From the NCBI RefSeq assembly GCF_000142905.1, contig NW_013657648.1, forward strand, positions 1-64,000: 64,000 nt of DNA, written 5' to 3'. The notes beneath the pieces are model-generated. The model was not told where the DNA came from. It saw nothing but the letters and a program-made list of their open reading frames with translations, and made no database searches. Origin of the DNA: Thecamonas trahens ATCC 50062 (taxonomy: Eukaryota > Protista > Apusomonadida). Position numbers and translations under genes: made by a program. Shown here one piece after another: positions 23,901 to 34,966 of this stretch. Numbering within the stretch: the stretch's first letter is position 1; each line of letters starts with the position of its first letter.

Positions 23901-25437
23901 CCATCGCCGAACTCACAGCATCAGTCGACTCGGGCATGCAAGGCGGGCTCAAGCCGCGCGCCATCTCGGCCGGCGCCGGCCTGCAGTCGTCCGTGCTCCT
24001 CGCAGCGTCGTCGCTCGGCGGCTCGATGGGCTCGATTCCCGAGCTCCATTCGCCGTCGGGCGGTGCCCGGAACAGCTTTGCCTTTGATGGCGGCTCCGGC
24101 TCTGGCTCCGGCTCGGACGGCTCCGACCCGGATGTGGCGGCGGCAGCGGCCGCCCGCGACGCCGTGCGGCGGATGTCGCGCCAGCGCTCGACCGATTCGA
24201 TCGGGCGCCACGGCTCGGGCCTCCCCTCGCGCTCCGGCCGCCGGCGCGCCAATTCGCACGGGATGGATCAGAGCGGACGCGTGCGAGGCCGCCGCAAGCG
24301 CTCGTCGTCGGCGCGTGAGTCGACCCACGGCGAGCTCGGTGCCCACGCCGCCGAGGCCCGGCGCGCCGAGGCCGCACAAGCTGCGCTGGCCGCCAAGGCT
24401 GCACGCGACCGCCGCCGCCGTCCCGGGCCGCCGGGCCGCGAGCTGCTCTCGCGTGACTCGCTGCAGGTCATCCAGCTCGAGGCCGCCGTCTCGGGCACGC
24501 TGCCCAATGTCCGGGTGGCTCTCGGGGACGGATCTTCGGTCCGCGCCCTCCACGCCGAGCCGGGCACCACGGCCATCGAGCTGTACAAGCAGTACCGCGA
24601 CATGCTCGACCTCGCTGACTTTGTCGAGCTCCACGTCGTTGTGGCGGCTGCCTCGCTGCCAACCCTTGCCGGCCTCGTTGTCTCGCCGGACAAGCAATGG
24701 GTGTGGGTCGAGCCGGCCGAGCCGCTCCTCCCGCAAGTCCTTGCTGCCGATGAGACGTCACGGCGGCAGGTCCAGCTTGTTGTCCGCATCCGCTCCTTCC
24801 TTGGCTTTAACGCCCTCGAGCTCTCCGACTACGAGACGATCCACGCCGCGTACCTGCACGTCCGTGGCCAGCTCCTCCACGGCGAATTCGATGCCGAGCT
24901 CGACATGCCCATCATGATCCGGCTTGCAGCACTCCAAGTCCAGGCCCGGCGCGGAAACTGGGACGAGTCAGACGAGGTGGTCGTCGACGTCTCCACCGTT
25001 GCCCCGCCCGCACTCGCGCCCAAGCTCGCCGCCGCAGACGTCGTCCTCATGTACCAGTCGCTTGCCGCGCGGCCGAGCATCGAGGCTGAGCGTGCCTTTC
25101 TCGACATCACCTCGACGCTCTCCAATTTTGGCGCCTTTGTCTTTCCGGTCGACGTCGCCCACGCCGGAAAGGCACTGGATCTTGTCGTCTCGGCCGACGG
25201 CCTCGCCTTCCACCCCGCGGAGGCCTCACTGCCGACCCGGTCTGCGTCTACGACCTTGCTGACCTTGTCTCATGGGCTGCCACTGACGCCACTCGCTTTG
25301 GTGTCGAAGTCGAGCTCCTTGCCCCCGACGCCCACGGCCTCGCCGGCCCTGACCGCAAGGTCGTCGTCATGGGCCTTGCCACCGCGTATGAGGCTGCGGA
25401 TCTGCTCTCGTGTTTGTTTGCGCATGATGCGTACTAA
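20957..25437 (+). CDS. Large protein with two FERM-like domains and Ser-rich disordered regions; spans an N gap; frameshift at ~25215
   Basis: FERM 1: VKIELPD..TTVKQVIELVADQLGI...EYLGL, LLYHQTR..LVSGLY, LRGMSKTEAMTAYL. FERM 2: YLHVRGQLLHGEF, RLAALQVQARRG, AERAFLDI...LSNFGAFVF. One extra C at 25213-25216 gives a PTB-like end VYDLADLVSWAA...HDAY* with stop at 25435-25437. Confidence 0.85.
23494..23846. other. Assembly gap (N run)
   Basis: Run of N bases inside the FERM gene. Confidence 1.
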
Positions 25438-25455
25438 AACCCATGATGGATGACT

Positions 25456-25906
25456 CTACTCAAAGTGGTGCTCCCAAAAGCCGACCATGTTGAAGCCGAG
25501 ATAGACGACGAGGGCCAGCAGCAGCCACAGCATCGCCTTGGCGTCGTCGGTCCGGTGCATGGCCCACGACGGATCCTTGTCCAGAATCGCCACCTTTTTG
25601 TGGCATGTCAATGACCACTCGTTCGGATACAGATAATCCCCGGCCCAGGCCTCGCTACCCGTGCACTCGACCTGCACGTCCGTGTATCCGTGTGTCCCCC
25701 CCGTCCATGTGTCCGTCCGTCCGTCCGTCCGCCCGTCCCGCGCCCACACCGCCAGCACCGCCAGCACCGCCACACCCATACACACACACACACACACAGC
25801 CATGAGTCCACCACCCACACACCAACGTGCCTAACACGTGCTTCATCCGCATAACCCCCTGCTGCACACGTACTGCGTTGCCTGCGGCGTCGCGCGGCGA
25901 GAACAT
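25456..25906 (-). CDS. Small protein with C-terminal TM helix (hypothetical, spliced; start uncertain)
   Basis: The last exon 25671-25456 follows a CAG acceptor and encodes VECTG...AMLWLLLALVVYLGFNMVGFWEHHFE*. An upstream exon ..MFSPRD..HVLGTL joins in phase 0 across a microsatellite-rich intron. Confidence 0.45.
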
Positions 25907-26428
25907 GACCAGGTCGGGCCGACGGGAGGGAGGGCGAGAGACGGGTAGATGGGCGCGTTCTGCTCTCAATCGACTTCCTCGTCACTCTACATCTCCTCCA
26001 CCTCGAGCATCACCGATAACTTGTTCCCCCTCGATCTGCTCCAATTTCTCTGATGGCCTCTCGACACAAGCACATACGCACACATACTGCCAGGCTCCTT
26101 GTCATGGCCGTGTGTGGGTGAATGACGTTGCTTGTGTTTGCCCGCACTCTCATGTGGTAACTCATCTGTTTCTTGATCACAACAAGCAAAAAAGCAGTCA
26201 TCATTTTTTGCCTCTTCTTCGCCGCCATCGCGTTGGAAGACTCCATCCCGCCCTGCACACACTCCCTCTCTGCCATCCCGTGCGTCCAATGAGGGGATAG
26301 TTGCTCCGTTGTGTGGAAAAAAGAGAGCGAGTTCATTTGCCCACATCGCTTGCTGGAAATCACGAGCTGATGGCAAGGTGATGATGGCAGACTGGTGCAG
26401 CGCGACGGCGACGCGCAACGGCAGATGC

Positions 26429-26981
26429 TTAGGCACGCATAGCCTCGACCTTGTCGATGTAGGCCTGCATGGCGTCGTCCTTGGACATGCCCTTGTTCTT
26501 GTTCCACGCCGACCACTTGTAGCCCTTGGCCGAGTACGCCTGGAGCATGCCAGGCTTGTCCTTGGGGTCAGCGTCGCCGACAGTAGCCTGCTTGAACAGC
26601 CCGTACAGCACGAGCTTGTCGTCGTCCGAGGCCTCCACAGCCGGGCCATTGCGGACCTCCTCCACCACGGCGTTAAAGCGAGTCTGCCCACCGCCGTCGT
26701 CCACCGCAGCCACGTAGTCACCGACACGTCGCCGCCCCACATGACCCATACCCCAGCCATACCCCAGCCATGCCCCAGCCATACCCCAGTCATACCCCAG
26801 TCATACCCCAGTCATGCCCCAGTCATGCCCAAATCCCCATGAGTCCATGCCCTCCCTCCACCCTTCTCTCCCCTCCCCTCCCTTCCCTTCCCCCCTTCCC
26901 CTCCCCCTCCCCCTCCCCCTCCCCCTCCCCTCCCCTCCCCTCCCCTTCGCCCCCCTTCCATACCGCAAGATCAGCAGCCAT
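26429..26981 (-). CDS. ACBP: Acyl-CoA-binding protein
   Basis: Exon 1 MAADLA (26981-26964), intron 26963-26684, exon 2 with KLVLYGLFKQATVGD, KPG and KWSAWNKNKGMSKDDAMQAYI. Confidence 0.96.
26746..26830. repeat. 11-bp tandem repeat (C/T)CAT(A/G)CCCCAG in the ACBP intron, followed by a (CCCCCT)n tract
   Basis: About seven consecutive copies are visible directly. Confidence 0.9.
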
Positions 26982-27053
26982 GTTGTTTGTTGTTTGTTGT
27001 GTTGTTTGGTAGTCAAGTGGACGAAGAAGGGTGAAGGTGCTCATAGTCGCCGC

Positions 27054-28710
27054 TCACCAGTCGTCGTCATCGTCGTCGTCGTCCCAGTCGTCGTCGCTCG
27101 ACGAGCCGCCGTTGTTGGCCACGGCGCCACGCCGGCCCTCGAGAGCCTTGGCCAGCGCCGCCGCCATCGGGTTCGACGGCTCTGCCGCCACGGGCTTCTG
27201 CTCGAGCGCAGACCGGTCGACCTTTTTGAGGCCACCCACTCCGCCGTGGCCCTGGATGGCGTCGAGAAGGCCTCCGCGCCCGCCGCCGCTCGACGGCGGC
27301 GGCCGCGGCCGGTCCTCGGCCTTCTTCAGACCGCCCACGCCCGAGTGGCCCTGGATGGCACCGAGGAGGCCACCGCGGCCACCTCCGCCACCTCCGCCAC
27401 CGCGGCCTCCACCACCACCTCCAGCCGGTGGCGGCGGCGGTGGCGGTGGCGGGCCACCTCCCGATGGCGGCGGCGGCGGCGGCGGCGGCGCTCCACCTCC
27501 TGATGGCGGCGGCGGCGGCGGCGGGCCTCCCCCGCGCGCAACCGGCGGCGGTGGCGGCGGGCCTCCACGGGACGACGGCGGCGGCGGTGGCGGCGGACCG
27601 CCACGGGACGACGGTGGCGGCGGCGGCGGCGCGGCCCCACGCGAGGTTGGCGGCGGCGGCGGCGGTGCAGGACCGCGCGATCGCGACGGCGGCGGGGCTG
27701 GCGGCGCGCCTCGGCCTCCTCCTCGCGATGGTGGCGGGGCTGGCGGCGCGCCGCGCGACCGCGGCGCAGGCGGAGGCGGAGCCGCTGGCCCGTTCGACTC
27801 GGGCAGCTGGTTGTTCTTCATAAAGTCCATGCAGATCTTGGCCGTCTCCTCGTCGGCAAGGTCAGCCTCGGTAACGCCGGCCTCGGCAAAGACCTGTGCC
27901 CACTCGGGCGGGAGGTTCGAGGTTGAAAAGCCCTCGGTTGACGAGTACCCAATGTGCGAGATGTGCCGAAAGTCCTTTGGCGCCGAAATCTCCAGCCGCG
28001 GGCCCTCGTCCTTGGACGAGCCGAACCAACCCTTCTTCTTCTTCTTCTTCTTCTTCTTGGTCGGCAGTGTCGCGTTCGCCGTCGTCGAGTAGCCGACCGG
28101 CTTGGCCGTCTTGGACGTGCCCACCAGCGGCGCCGCTGCGTTCGTCTGCTTCAGCAGCTTGCCGCACTCGATCGGGTGCGCGCACGAGAGCATGTACATC
28201 CGCTTGTCGCCCTCAAACGTCAGAAAGTGGTCGCCGGCCTGCGTCAGCTTAAACGACTGGTACAGCTCGATCTGGAACAGCAGCTGCGCCGTCCGGTCCA
28301 GCGTGTACATTCGGAGATAGTGCCGCGGGTTGCCGCGGTCCTTCACCAGGCACACCGCGCCCATCCGGCCCGTCGTCACCCACGCGCTCCCTCGCTCATC
28401 AGACTGGTACAGTCGCGCCACAGTCGCATACGTGATCTTGTTCGGCCGCACAGCTTGCTCTGTACCCCACTGCGTGAGTTCCCTCCCCCCTTCCCTCCAC
28501 CACCACCAGCACCGCCCGTCCGCTGATCGATCACTCGCCGATCGATCACACCCGATTTCGCCATTCCCAGGAAAAAGGCATAGCCACCTGCTGGAAGCCG
28601 TGTTCCTCACGTCCCCTCCCCTCCTCCGCCCCCCACCCCCCCTCCTCGTCAACCTTCAACAGCCATGACGTACTCAGTGCGCTCTTCTCTTGGTCATTAA
28701 TAAGCCCCAT
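27054..28710 (-). CDS. WASP: Wiskott-Aldrich syndrome protein (WASP/N-WASP)
   Basis: Exon 1 MGLINDQEKSAL, intron 28673-28460. WH1 (ATVARLY, HYLRMY, ELYQSF, FLTFEGD), poly-Lys basic region, CRIB (ISAPKDFRHISHIG), polyproline, two WH2 motifs (GRGGLL.AIQ...LKK), central helix and acidic DDDW end. Confidence 0.96.
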
Positions 28711-28804
28711 GGCGGCTTCGTGGTCGAGGCAAGTGGGTGGGTATGGGTGTGCTTGTGGCTCGCTCTCTGTCGACGCTCCATGTTTGGCGGAACTCAATGA
28801 CCAT

Positions 28805-29920
28805 TCATTGAGTAAAGTCGAACGATGCCCACAGCGCCAGTGCATCGCTTGGCGACTTCATCAGCTCGACCACGCGATCGACGTAGCGGATTTTGCCACG
28901 ACGCTCATAGGTGCGGCCGACAGGCGGGAAGAGCTTGGCGGTCGAGTGCGGGGTTGTCCGATTGAGCTCGAGCGCCTGCTGTGACCGCTGGCGGACCGCG
29001 TCGCGCCCGCCGTCGCGCTCGTCGTAGACCGAGAGCGGAAAGAAGCAGACGTAGATGACAAAGCGCCAGTCGCGGAGAGGATCGGCGTCGGGGATGGCTG
29101 AGCCGGCGATGGCGGCCGGCGGTGGCGGGTTGGCCACGTAGCCAGTCGACGAGTGGATCGTCGACGAGAACCAGAGGACGAGCGAGCCCTCGGGAGCGTA
29201 GATCGGAACCTGCCACGCCACCTCGCCAAACTGCTCGGTCATCGCAGCCTGGAGGCTCTCGATCTTGGCCTTGTTGAGCTTGTGCCAGCCGCCGCGTGCG
29301 GTCTTGCGGTCTGTCTCGGTCATCAGTCGCTCGCACGTCCACTCCCACATCTTGTGCGACTTGGGCGTGGCGCGGAGGACGGCCTGCGACCCATTGAGCA
29401 CCATCTGGCCCTGGATCGAACCGTCGCTCTCCATCCCATACATGGCGTCGGTGTGCGGCCAGTCGCGCGGCGGTTTGGCCGGAAGCGCGGCAGCTGCCAG
29501 CGGCGGCGTCACGTTGATGCCATCGTTGGAGCAGAGTAGCTCGATGTCGCCGTGCCCGAGCTCTTTGTGGATAGCCTGCCACAGAGCCGCCAGCCGGGGA
29601 TCGGTCCGCACCTCACGCACCGGCGGTGCACCACTCATCAAGCACTGGAACATCCCGCGCCGCGACTGGACTGGCAGTCGCTCATCACGCCACGTCTCCC
29701 ACGGCCGCCGCGCTTCGAATCCGGTTCCAAGGGCTTCGAACGATTCCAGCACGTTCGTCCGCAGCCGGCCGCACTGCGCCGCATCGTACACCCCGGTGAT
29801 CACCACCACGCCTTCCTCACTCAGCGCCGCCGCTGCTGCTCCAGCCGTTTCTTCGGGAGTGGCAAAGGCCACACGAGGCGCTGCATACGATCCACTGGCA
29901 CTCTCCTTGGTCGCCGCCAT
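28805..29920 (-). CDS. Fe(II)/2-oxoglutarate dioxygenase, phytanoyl-CoA dioxygenase (PhyH)-like
   Basis: EEGVVVITGV, HxD motif (WPHTD), IQGQMVL, GSLVLWFSSTIH and RFVIYVCF. First ATG taken at 29920. Confidence 0.8.
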   Translation of the reverse strand: MAATKESASGSYAAPRVAFATPEETAGAAAAALSEEGVVVITGVYDAAQCGRLRTNVLESFEALGTGFEARRPWETWRDERLPVQSRRGMFQCLMSGAPPVREVRTDPRLAALWQAIHKELGHGDIELLCSNDGINVTPPLAAAALPAKPPRDWPHTDAMYGMESDGSIQGQMVLNGSQAVLRATPKSHKMWEWTCERLMTETDRKTARGGWHKLNKAKIESLQAAMTEQFGEVAWQVPIYAPEGSLVLWFSSTIHSSTGYVANPPPPAAIAGSAIPDADPLRDWRFVIYVCFFPLSVYDERDGGRDAVRQRSQQALELNRTTPHSTAKLFPPVGRTYERRGKIRYVDRVVELMKSPSDALALWASFDFTQ

Positions 29921-30172
29921 GATGATTCTTGCTTGCAACTGCTCTCCGGAATGCGAAAAGAAGTATGGTGTCGCCGTGCCACAGGCGCCAACAGAAGCCC
30001 AAACAGCGTGCTCTTTAATACGAGCTTTTGTGGCGGAATCATCGAAAGCGTTCTGTTCTCGAGCCACTGACACGGCTGGATGATGTGCACCGTGGAGTTC
30101 ATTTTGAGGCGCGCAAACACGGGCGCGACCGTGTGCCCGAACGACTGTGCAGGTAAAGGGGGTAGGGGAGAG

Positions 30173-33100
30173 TTACTTCACATCCGACTTGGAGCAGCCT
30201 CGCGGCTCGCGGAGGAGCGAGAGCTGGTACAAGTCGTTCTCAGACACACCCGGGGTCGGGTGGACAAGGGTACGGTAAACCATGGGGATGCGCGGAAAGT
30301 CCCAGCCAGTCTGCTGGTAGAGCTGGATCTTGGCAATCTGGTCAAAGACGAGGCGGCGCTTGCCAAAGTTGATGAGGCCGTTGACGGTGTTCTCGTTGCC
30401 GTCGTTGATAAAGGTCAGGTCCTGCATGTACACGCCGACGTACGGGATGCACGGCGGCTGGGCCGAAGCGATGCGGGCGCGGAGCGACTTGTACGACGAC
30501 TCTGCTGAGCAGATGGCCTCGAGCTCCTCGAGCATGCGTGTGGCCTTCTTGGAGAGGCCTGCGCGGGTGTACTTGAGGCGGAGCATGGCAGCTGTGTTGA
30601 GGCCACACACAAGGGCCATGAGCGAGTTAAAGTTGTTGAGCTCTGCAAGCTCCTTGCCGACGCGGATGATCTTCTCCATGCGCTTGACCCGCTTCTTGAG
30701 CGTGTCCTGCGAGACGATGGAGAGGATGGCCCAGTTGGAGATGTTGTTGAAGTGCTCGATAAAGGCCATGAGCCGCGGGCAGAGGTGGTGGTACTTTTCG
30801 CGCTCCCAGCCCTGCGAAATAAACTCGCGCGGCTTGATGACCTTGTACATGGAAAAGTCGATGAGACACATCTGCTGTGCGATTTCGACCTCATCGTAGG
30901 ACCAGAGCGACTTTTTGCCCTTCTTGGAGCTGCTTGCGGCGGCCGACGCTGCAATGGATGCGAGCGCAATCATGTCGTCCTCCTTGGCGGCGGCGGCGGC
31001 TTCGACCTGCTGGATGGTTTTGGCGTAGAGCGACGCCGCGAGCGGGCCCCACCCGTCCTCGACGAGCGTCGAAGTGATGAACGAGGTGACAAACTCCTTG
31101 AGCGAGTCGGAAAAGTCTTCGTAGCTGGTGGGGAACCAAGAGCGGAAGACGTTGATGATCCGGAGCGTCACCGTCGACCGGAGCTTGCGGTAGTCGGCGA
31201 GCGAGAGGCCGACCGGCCGTGGAACGTAGTACCGCTCGAGCAGCTTGGTCACGAGCATTTCCGAGGTGGTGAACGACTCGTAGGTCATGAGGAAGGTCTT
31301 CTGGAACTCCATCGAATGGTTGGAAAAGTGCGTCAGCCGCTCGACGAGCTTGTTGAGCGATGCGAGCTCGATGCCGGCCGAGTCGAGGTCGGTGCCCGGC
31401 GGCGTGCCCTCGATGGGCACCAGGTTTTCTGGGCACGGCGGGAGCGAGTCCCAGATGTTGACTGCCTCGCCCTCCTCCTCGGGCGGAGGCGGGATCTGGT
31501 CCTCGGGTAAGCGGCGGAGCATGGCCCACGACGAGTACGGGACCTGCGCCTGCAGCAGCGACTCCTCGTACGGGATGGTCTTGAGGCTTCCTGAGACGTC
31601 GCCTTTGGCAAGCTCATAGTGGTACGGAAAGCGGAGGCCAAACTGGCGGCAAATGATGGGAATGATCTTGACGACCTTGTGCGAAAAGTCGACTTCAAAG
31701 TCGTGGTCAAGCCGGCCGAGCGACGGGTCGTCAAAGTAGACCTTGATCGGCTGCTTGATCCGCCGGTAGAGGAGCTTGTACTCGCACTTGCGGACTTGCG
31801 AGCCGAGTTCAAGCCCGCCAAGCTTCCAGCTCGGGTTGAGCGGCGTGTTCGGCGCCGCCTTGTTAAAGTACGGCAGCGGCAGGAAGAGGCCAAAGAGGTG
31901 GGTAGCAAACTTGTGCGGGTCATTCCCGCGCTTGCCCTGCCAGTCGGCCGGCGGCATTGGCGGCGGCGGCGGCGGGTTGGCCGGCGGCGGCGGCGGGACG
32001 TAGCGCGACGGCGTCGCCGCGTCGGCCACCGGCGCGGGGTCCTCGGCGAGCGCAAGCGAGGTGTCATCGATGGTGACGACGCGGACCGGGAGCGAAGCCG
32101 ACGCGAGCGCGGGCCGACCACCGGACTTGCTCAGCGCGTCGAGCACGTCCTGCACAGACGTGTCGTCGGACCAGCGGTACGTCGCGACCTGCCCGGTCGA
32201 AAATGTGACAGTGTACGGCCGCAGCCGGCGCTGGAACGACAGCTCCTTGGTCTTGGATAGGACCGGCGCGTAGTCCACGAGCGAGGATCCGTTGTGCAAG
32301 AACATGCCCGACGACTTGTCCTTGGACGGGTACATGACGAGGCCGTACTCACGGACGTGCTTGACGAGGAACTTCTTGTTGATCAGCCGGAGCGTCTCGG
32401 CTACCGTCTTGTCCAGCGCAAGCTTCATCCGCGCCGACATGTTGACGCTCTCGCCGGCGAGGATGAGGTTCGAGTCGACCGCAGCCGACGTGTCGTCCGC
32501 CGTCGCCTCAAAGGTGATCTTGACGTTGACCGTCTTGGACTTGGTCTTGGTCACCGCCGGCCGCGCCTTGAGTTCAAGGTACTCCTCCACGCCGAGCTCG
32601 TACGAGGCGATCGTCTCCGTCGGCGAGAGCCAGAGGTGTTCTGCCGGGAGGAAGAGCTCGAGGCCGTCGACCGAGATCGACCGCGCCGCGAGCTGCGTCG
32701 ACAGCAGCGAGAGCACGTCCTGCACCGTCGTCAGCGCGTCGTACTGGATGTAGACCGCGAACGGATCCGCGACCTGGATGACAATGCCGACCTTGGACGT
32801 CGACGACCGGAGCCGGAGCTCGAGCACGGTGCCGTTGGCAACCGCGTGCATGATGAAGATGTCATTCATCGGCAGCTCCTTGACAATGCCGGCCTCCATC
32901 CGCATGTAGACGCCGAGCAGCTCAGCCTCCTCGGGCGGAATGCCAAACGCTTCGACAAAGGCCGGGAACTCTTCCACCACCGTCGCGTACGGCGAGATTT
33001 GCAGCTGGACCTGCTGCTCGGTTTCGCGGCGCCGCTGATACGTGACCGTCACCGTGGGAGGGGCCTCGGCCTCCGAGGTGGTGTTGATCTTGGCGGCGGC

Positions 33101-34966
33101 GGCGGCGGCGGCAGCGGCGTCCTCGACGCCGCTCTCGATGTCCTCCAGAGCGGGCGCGCCGACCGCGCCGCGCCCGCCCATGCCGGGCAGCAGCGGCTCG
33201 GCAACCGACGCCGCAGCCTCGTCGTCGTCCGACTCGTCACGGGCAAAGGCAGAGGTCTTCTCGGCTCCGCCCGCCATCTCGGGCCGAAGCTCGGAAATGC
33301 CCATTGTGTTGAGTCGCTGCTCACCCTTGAGCAGGACCTGGAGCGTGTTGCGGAGCTTGAGCACCGAGTGCCCTTCCGGCAGCACCTCCAGGTCCTTCTT
33401 CAGTCGTTCCTCCGACGACACCGGCATGGCATTGGCAGACGCAGCCACGTCGGACCGGACAGGCCCAGGCGCCGCAGACGAGCCAGCCGCTGGGCCGCCA
33501 AAAAGGCCCGCCAGGTTGCCGGCGAGCATCGAGACCCGCGAGACCTTGCGCTCCGACTTGCTCACCCCCGCAGGCCGCGGGGCCTTTCTCGGTGGCGTCG
33601 CGGCCTCAACCGGTGGCCGGTTCGCCAGCGGAACAGGCTTGGGCGGCGGGAGCGACGATGGCGGCGGCGGGAGTGACGACGGTGGCGGCGGGGCTGGCTT
33701 GGTGGGCGGACCACCAGGCGGCGGGCCGGGGATGACAGCGGGCGGTGCTCCAGGCGGCGGGCCCGGTACATTAGCGGGCGGGCCACCAGGCGGCGGGCCC
33801 GGTACACCGGCAGGCGGACCACCAGGCGGCGGGCCAGGGATGACAGCGGGCGGTGCTCCAGGCGGCGGGCCCGGTACATTAGCGGGCGGGCCACCAGGCG
33901 GCGGGCCTGGAACATTAGCGGGCGGGCCACCAGGCGACGGGCCAGGGATGGTAGCAGGCGGACCACCAGGCGGCGGGCCAGGGATGACAGCGAGCGGTGC
34001 TCCAGGCGGCGGGCCCGGTACATTAGCGGGCGGGCCACCAGGCGGCGGGCCTGGTACACTAGCGGGCGGGCCAGGCGGCGGGCCAGGGATGGTAGCGGGC
34101 GGTGTTCCGGGCGGCGGGCCAGGCACGCCAGCAGGCGGACCACCAGGCGGCGGGCCCGGAACATTAGCGGGCGGGCCACCAGGCGGCGGGCCCGGCACAC
34201 TAGCGGGCGGACCACCAGGCGGCGGGCCAGGAATGGTAGCGGGTGGTGCTCCAGGAGGCGGGCCAGGGATGGTAGCGGGCGGGCCACCAGGCGACGGGCC
34301 AGGGATGGTAGCGGGCGGGCCACCAGGCGACGTGCCAGGGATGGTAGCGGGCGGGCCACCAGGTGGTGGACGAGGGATGGTCGCGGGCGGTGTTCCGGGC
34401 GGCGGGCCAGGCACGCCAGCGGGCGGACCACCAGGCGGCGGACCAGACACGCCAGCAGGTGGGCCACCAGGCGGCGGACCAGACACGCCAGCAGGTGGGC
34501 CACCAGGCGGCGGACCAGGCACACCAGCGGGCGGACCACCAGGTGGAGGACCAGGCACACCAGCGGGCGGACCACCAGGCGGCGGACCAGGCACACCAGC
34601 GGGCGGACCACCAGGCGGCGGGCCCGGCACACCAGCAGGCGGACCACCAGGCGGAGGACCAGGCACACTAGCGGGCGGGCCACCAGGCGGCGGGCCCGGC
34701 ACACTAGCGGGCGGACCACAAGGCGGCGGGCCCGGCACACCAGCAGGCGGACCACCAGGCGGGGGACCAGGCACACTAGCGGGCGGACCACCAGGCGGCG
34801 GCCCAGGAATATCACTTGGAGGCGGCGGCAGGCCCACAGGTGGCGGCGGCAGGCCCACAGGCGGCGGCGGCAGACCCGCAGGCGGCGGCGGCAGGCCTAC
34901 AGGCGGCGGCGGCAGACCCGCAGGCGGTGGCGGTAGGCCGTCGGGCGGCGGCGGGAGGCCCGACAT
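30173..34966 (-). CDS. RasGEF (REM + CDC25) with N-terminal proline repeat array and several ubiquitin-fold-like domains
   Basis: REM: ASLNKLVERLT, FQKTFLMTYESFTT. CDC25: EIAQQMCLIDF, LNNFNSLMALVCGL, PPCIPYVGVYMQDLTFINDGN, LINFGKR. The middle region has repeated TV.D.L/YGL beta-grasp-like patterns. Confidence 0.93.
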   Translation of the reverse strand: MSGLPPPPDGLPPPPAGLPPPPVGLPPPPAGLPPPPVGLPPPPVGLPPPPSDIPGPPPGGPPASVPGPPPGGPPAGVPGPPPCGPPASVPGPPPGGPPASVPGPPPGGPPAGVPGPPPGGPPAGVPGPPPGGPPAGVPGPPPGGPPAGVPGPPPGGPPAGVSGPPPGGPPAGVSGPPPGGPPAGVPGPPPGTPPATIPRPPPGGPPATIPGTSPGGPPATIPGPSPGGPPATIPGPPPGAPPATIPGPPPGGPPASVPGPPPGGPPANVPGPPPGGPPAGVPGPPPGTPPATIPGPPPGPPASVPGPPPGGPPANVPGPPPGAPLAVIPGPPPGGPPATIPGPSPGGPPANVPGPPPGGPPANVPGPPPGAPPAVIPGPPPGGPPAGVPGPPPGGPPANVPGPPPGAPPAVIPGPPPGGPPTKPAPPPPSSLPPPPSSLPPPKPVPLANRPPVEAATPPRKAPRPAGVSKSERKVSRVSMLAGNLAGLFGGPAAGSSAAPGPVRSDVAASANAMPVSSEERLKKDLEVLPEGHSVLKLRNTLQVLLKGEQRLNTMGISELRPEMAGGAEKTSAFARDESDDDEAAASVAEPLLPGMGGRGAVGAPALEDIESGVEDAAAAAAAAAKINTTSEAEAPPTVTVTYQRRRETEQQVQLQISPYATVVEEFPAFVEAFGIPPEEAELLGVYMRMEAGIVKELPMNDIFIMHAVANGTVLELRLRSSTSKVGIVIQVADPFAVYIQYDALTTVQDVLSLLSTQLAARSISVDGLELFLPAEHLWLSPTETIASYELGVEEYLELKARPAVTKTKSKTVNVKITFEATADDTSAAVDSNLILAGESVNMSARMKLALDKTVAETLRLINKKFLVKHVREYGLVMYPSKDKSSGMFLHNGSSLVDYAPVLSKTKELSFQRRLRPYTVTFSTGQVATYRWSDDTSVQDVLDALSKSGGRPALASASLPVRVVTIDDTSLALAEDPAPVADAATPSRYVPPPPPANPPPPPPMPPADWQGKRGNDPHKFATHLFGLFLPLPYFNKAAPNTPLNPSWKLGGLELGSQVRKCEYKLLYRRIKQPIKVYFDDPSLGRLDHDFEVDFSHKVVKIIPIICRQFGLRFPYHYELAKGDVSGSLKTIPYEESLLQAQVPYSSWAMLRRLPEDQIPPPPEEEGEAVNIWDSLPPCPENLVPIEGTPPGTDLDSAGIELASLNKLVERLTHFSNHSMEFQKTFLMTYESFTTSEMLVTKLLERYYVPRPVGLSLADYRKLRSTVTLRIINVFRSWFPTSYEDFSDSLKEFVTSFITSTLVEDGWGPLAASLYAKTIQQVEAAAAAKEDDMIALASIAASAAASSSKKGKKSLWSYDEVEIAQQMCLIDFSMYKVIKPREFISQGWEREKYHHLCPRLMAFIEHFNNISNWAILSIVSQDTLKKRVKRMEKIIRVGKELAELNNFNSLMALVCGLNTAAMLRLKYTRAGLSKKATRMLEELEAICSAESSYKSLRARIASAQPPCIPYVGVYMQDLTFINDGNENTVNGLINFGKRRLVFDQIAKIQLYQQTGWDFPRIPMVYRTLVHPTPGVSENDLYQLSLLREPRGCSKSDVK
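33700..34960 (-). repeat. Coding tandem repeats: 36-bp PGPPPGGPPAxV units (about 30) and 21-bp GLPPPPx units (about 7)
   Basis: Directly visible in the DNA and in the translation of ORF 30173-34966. Confidence 0.95.
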
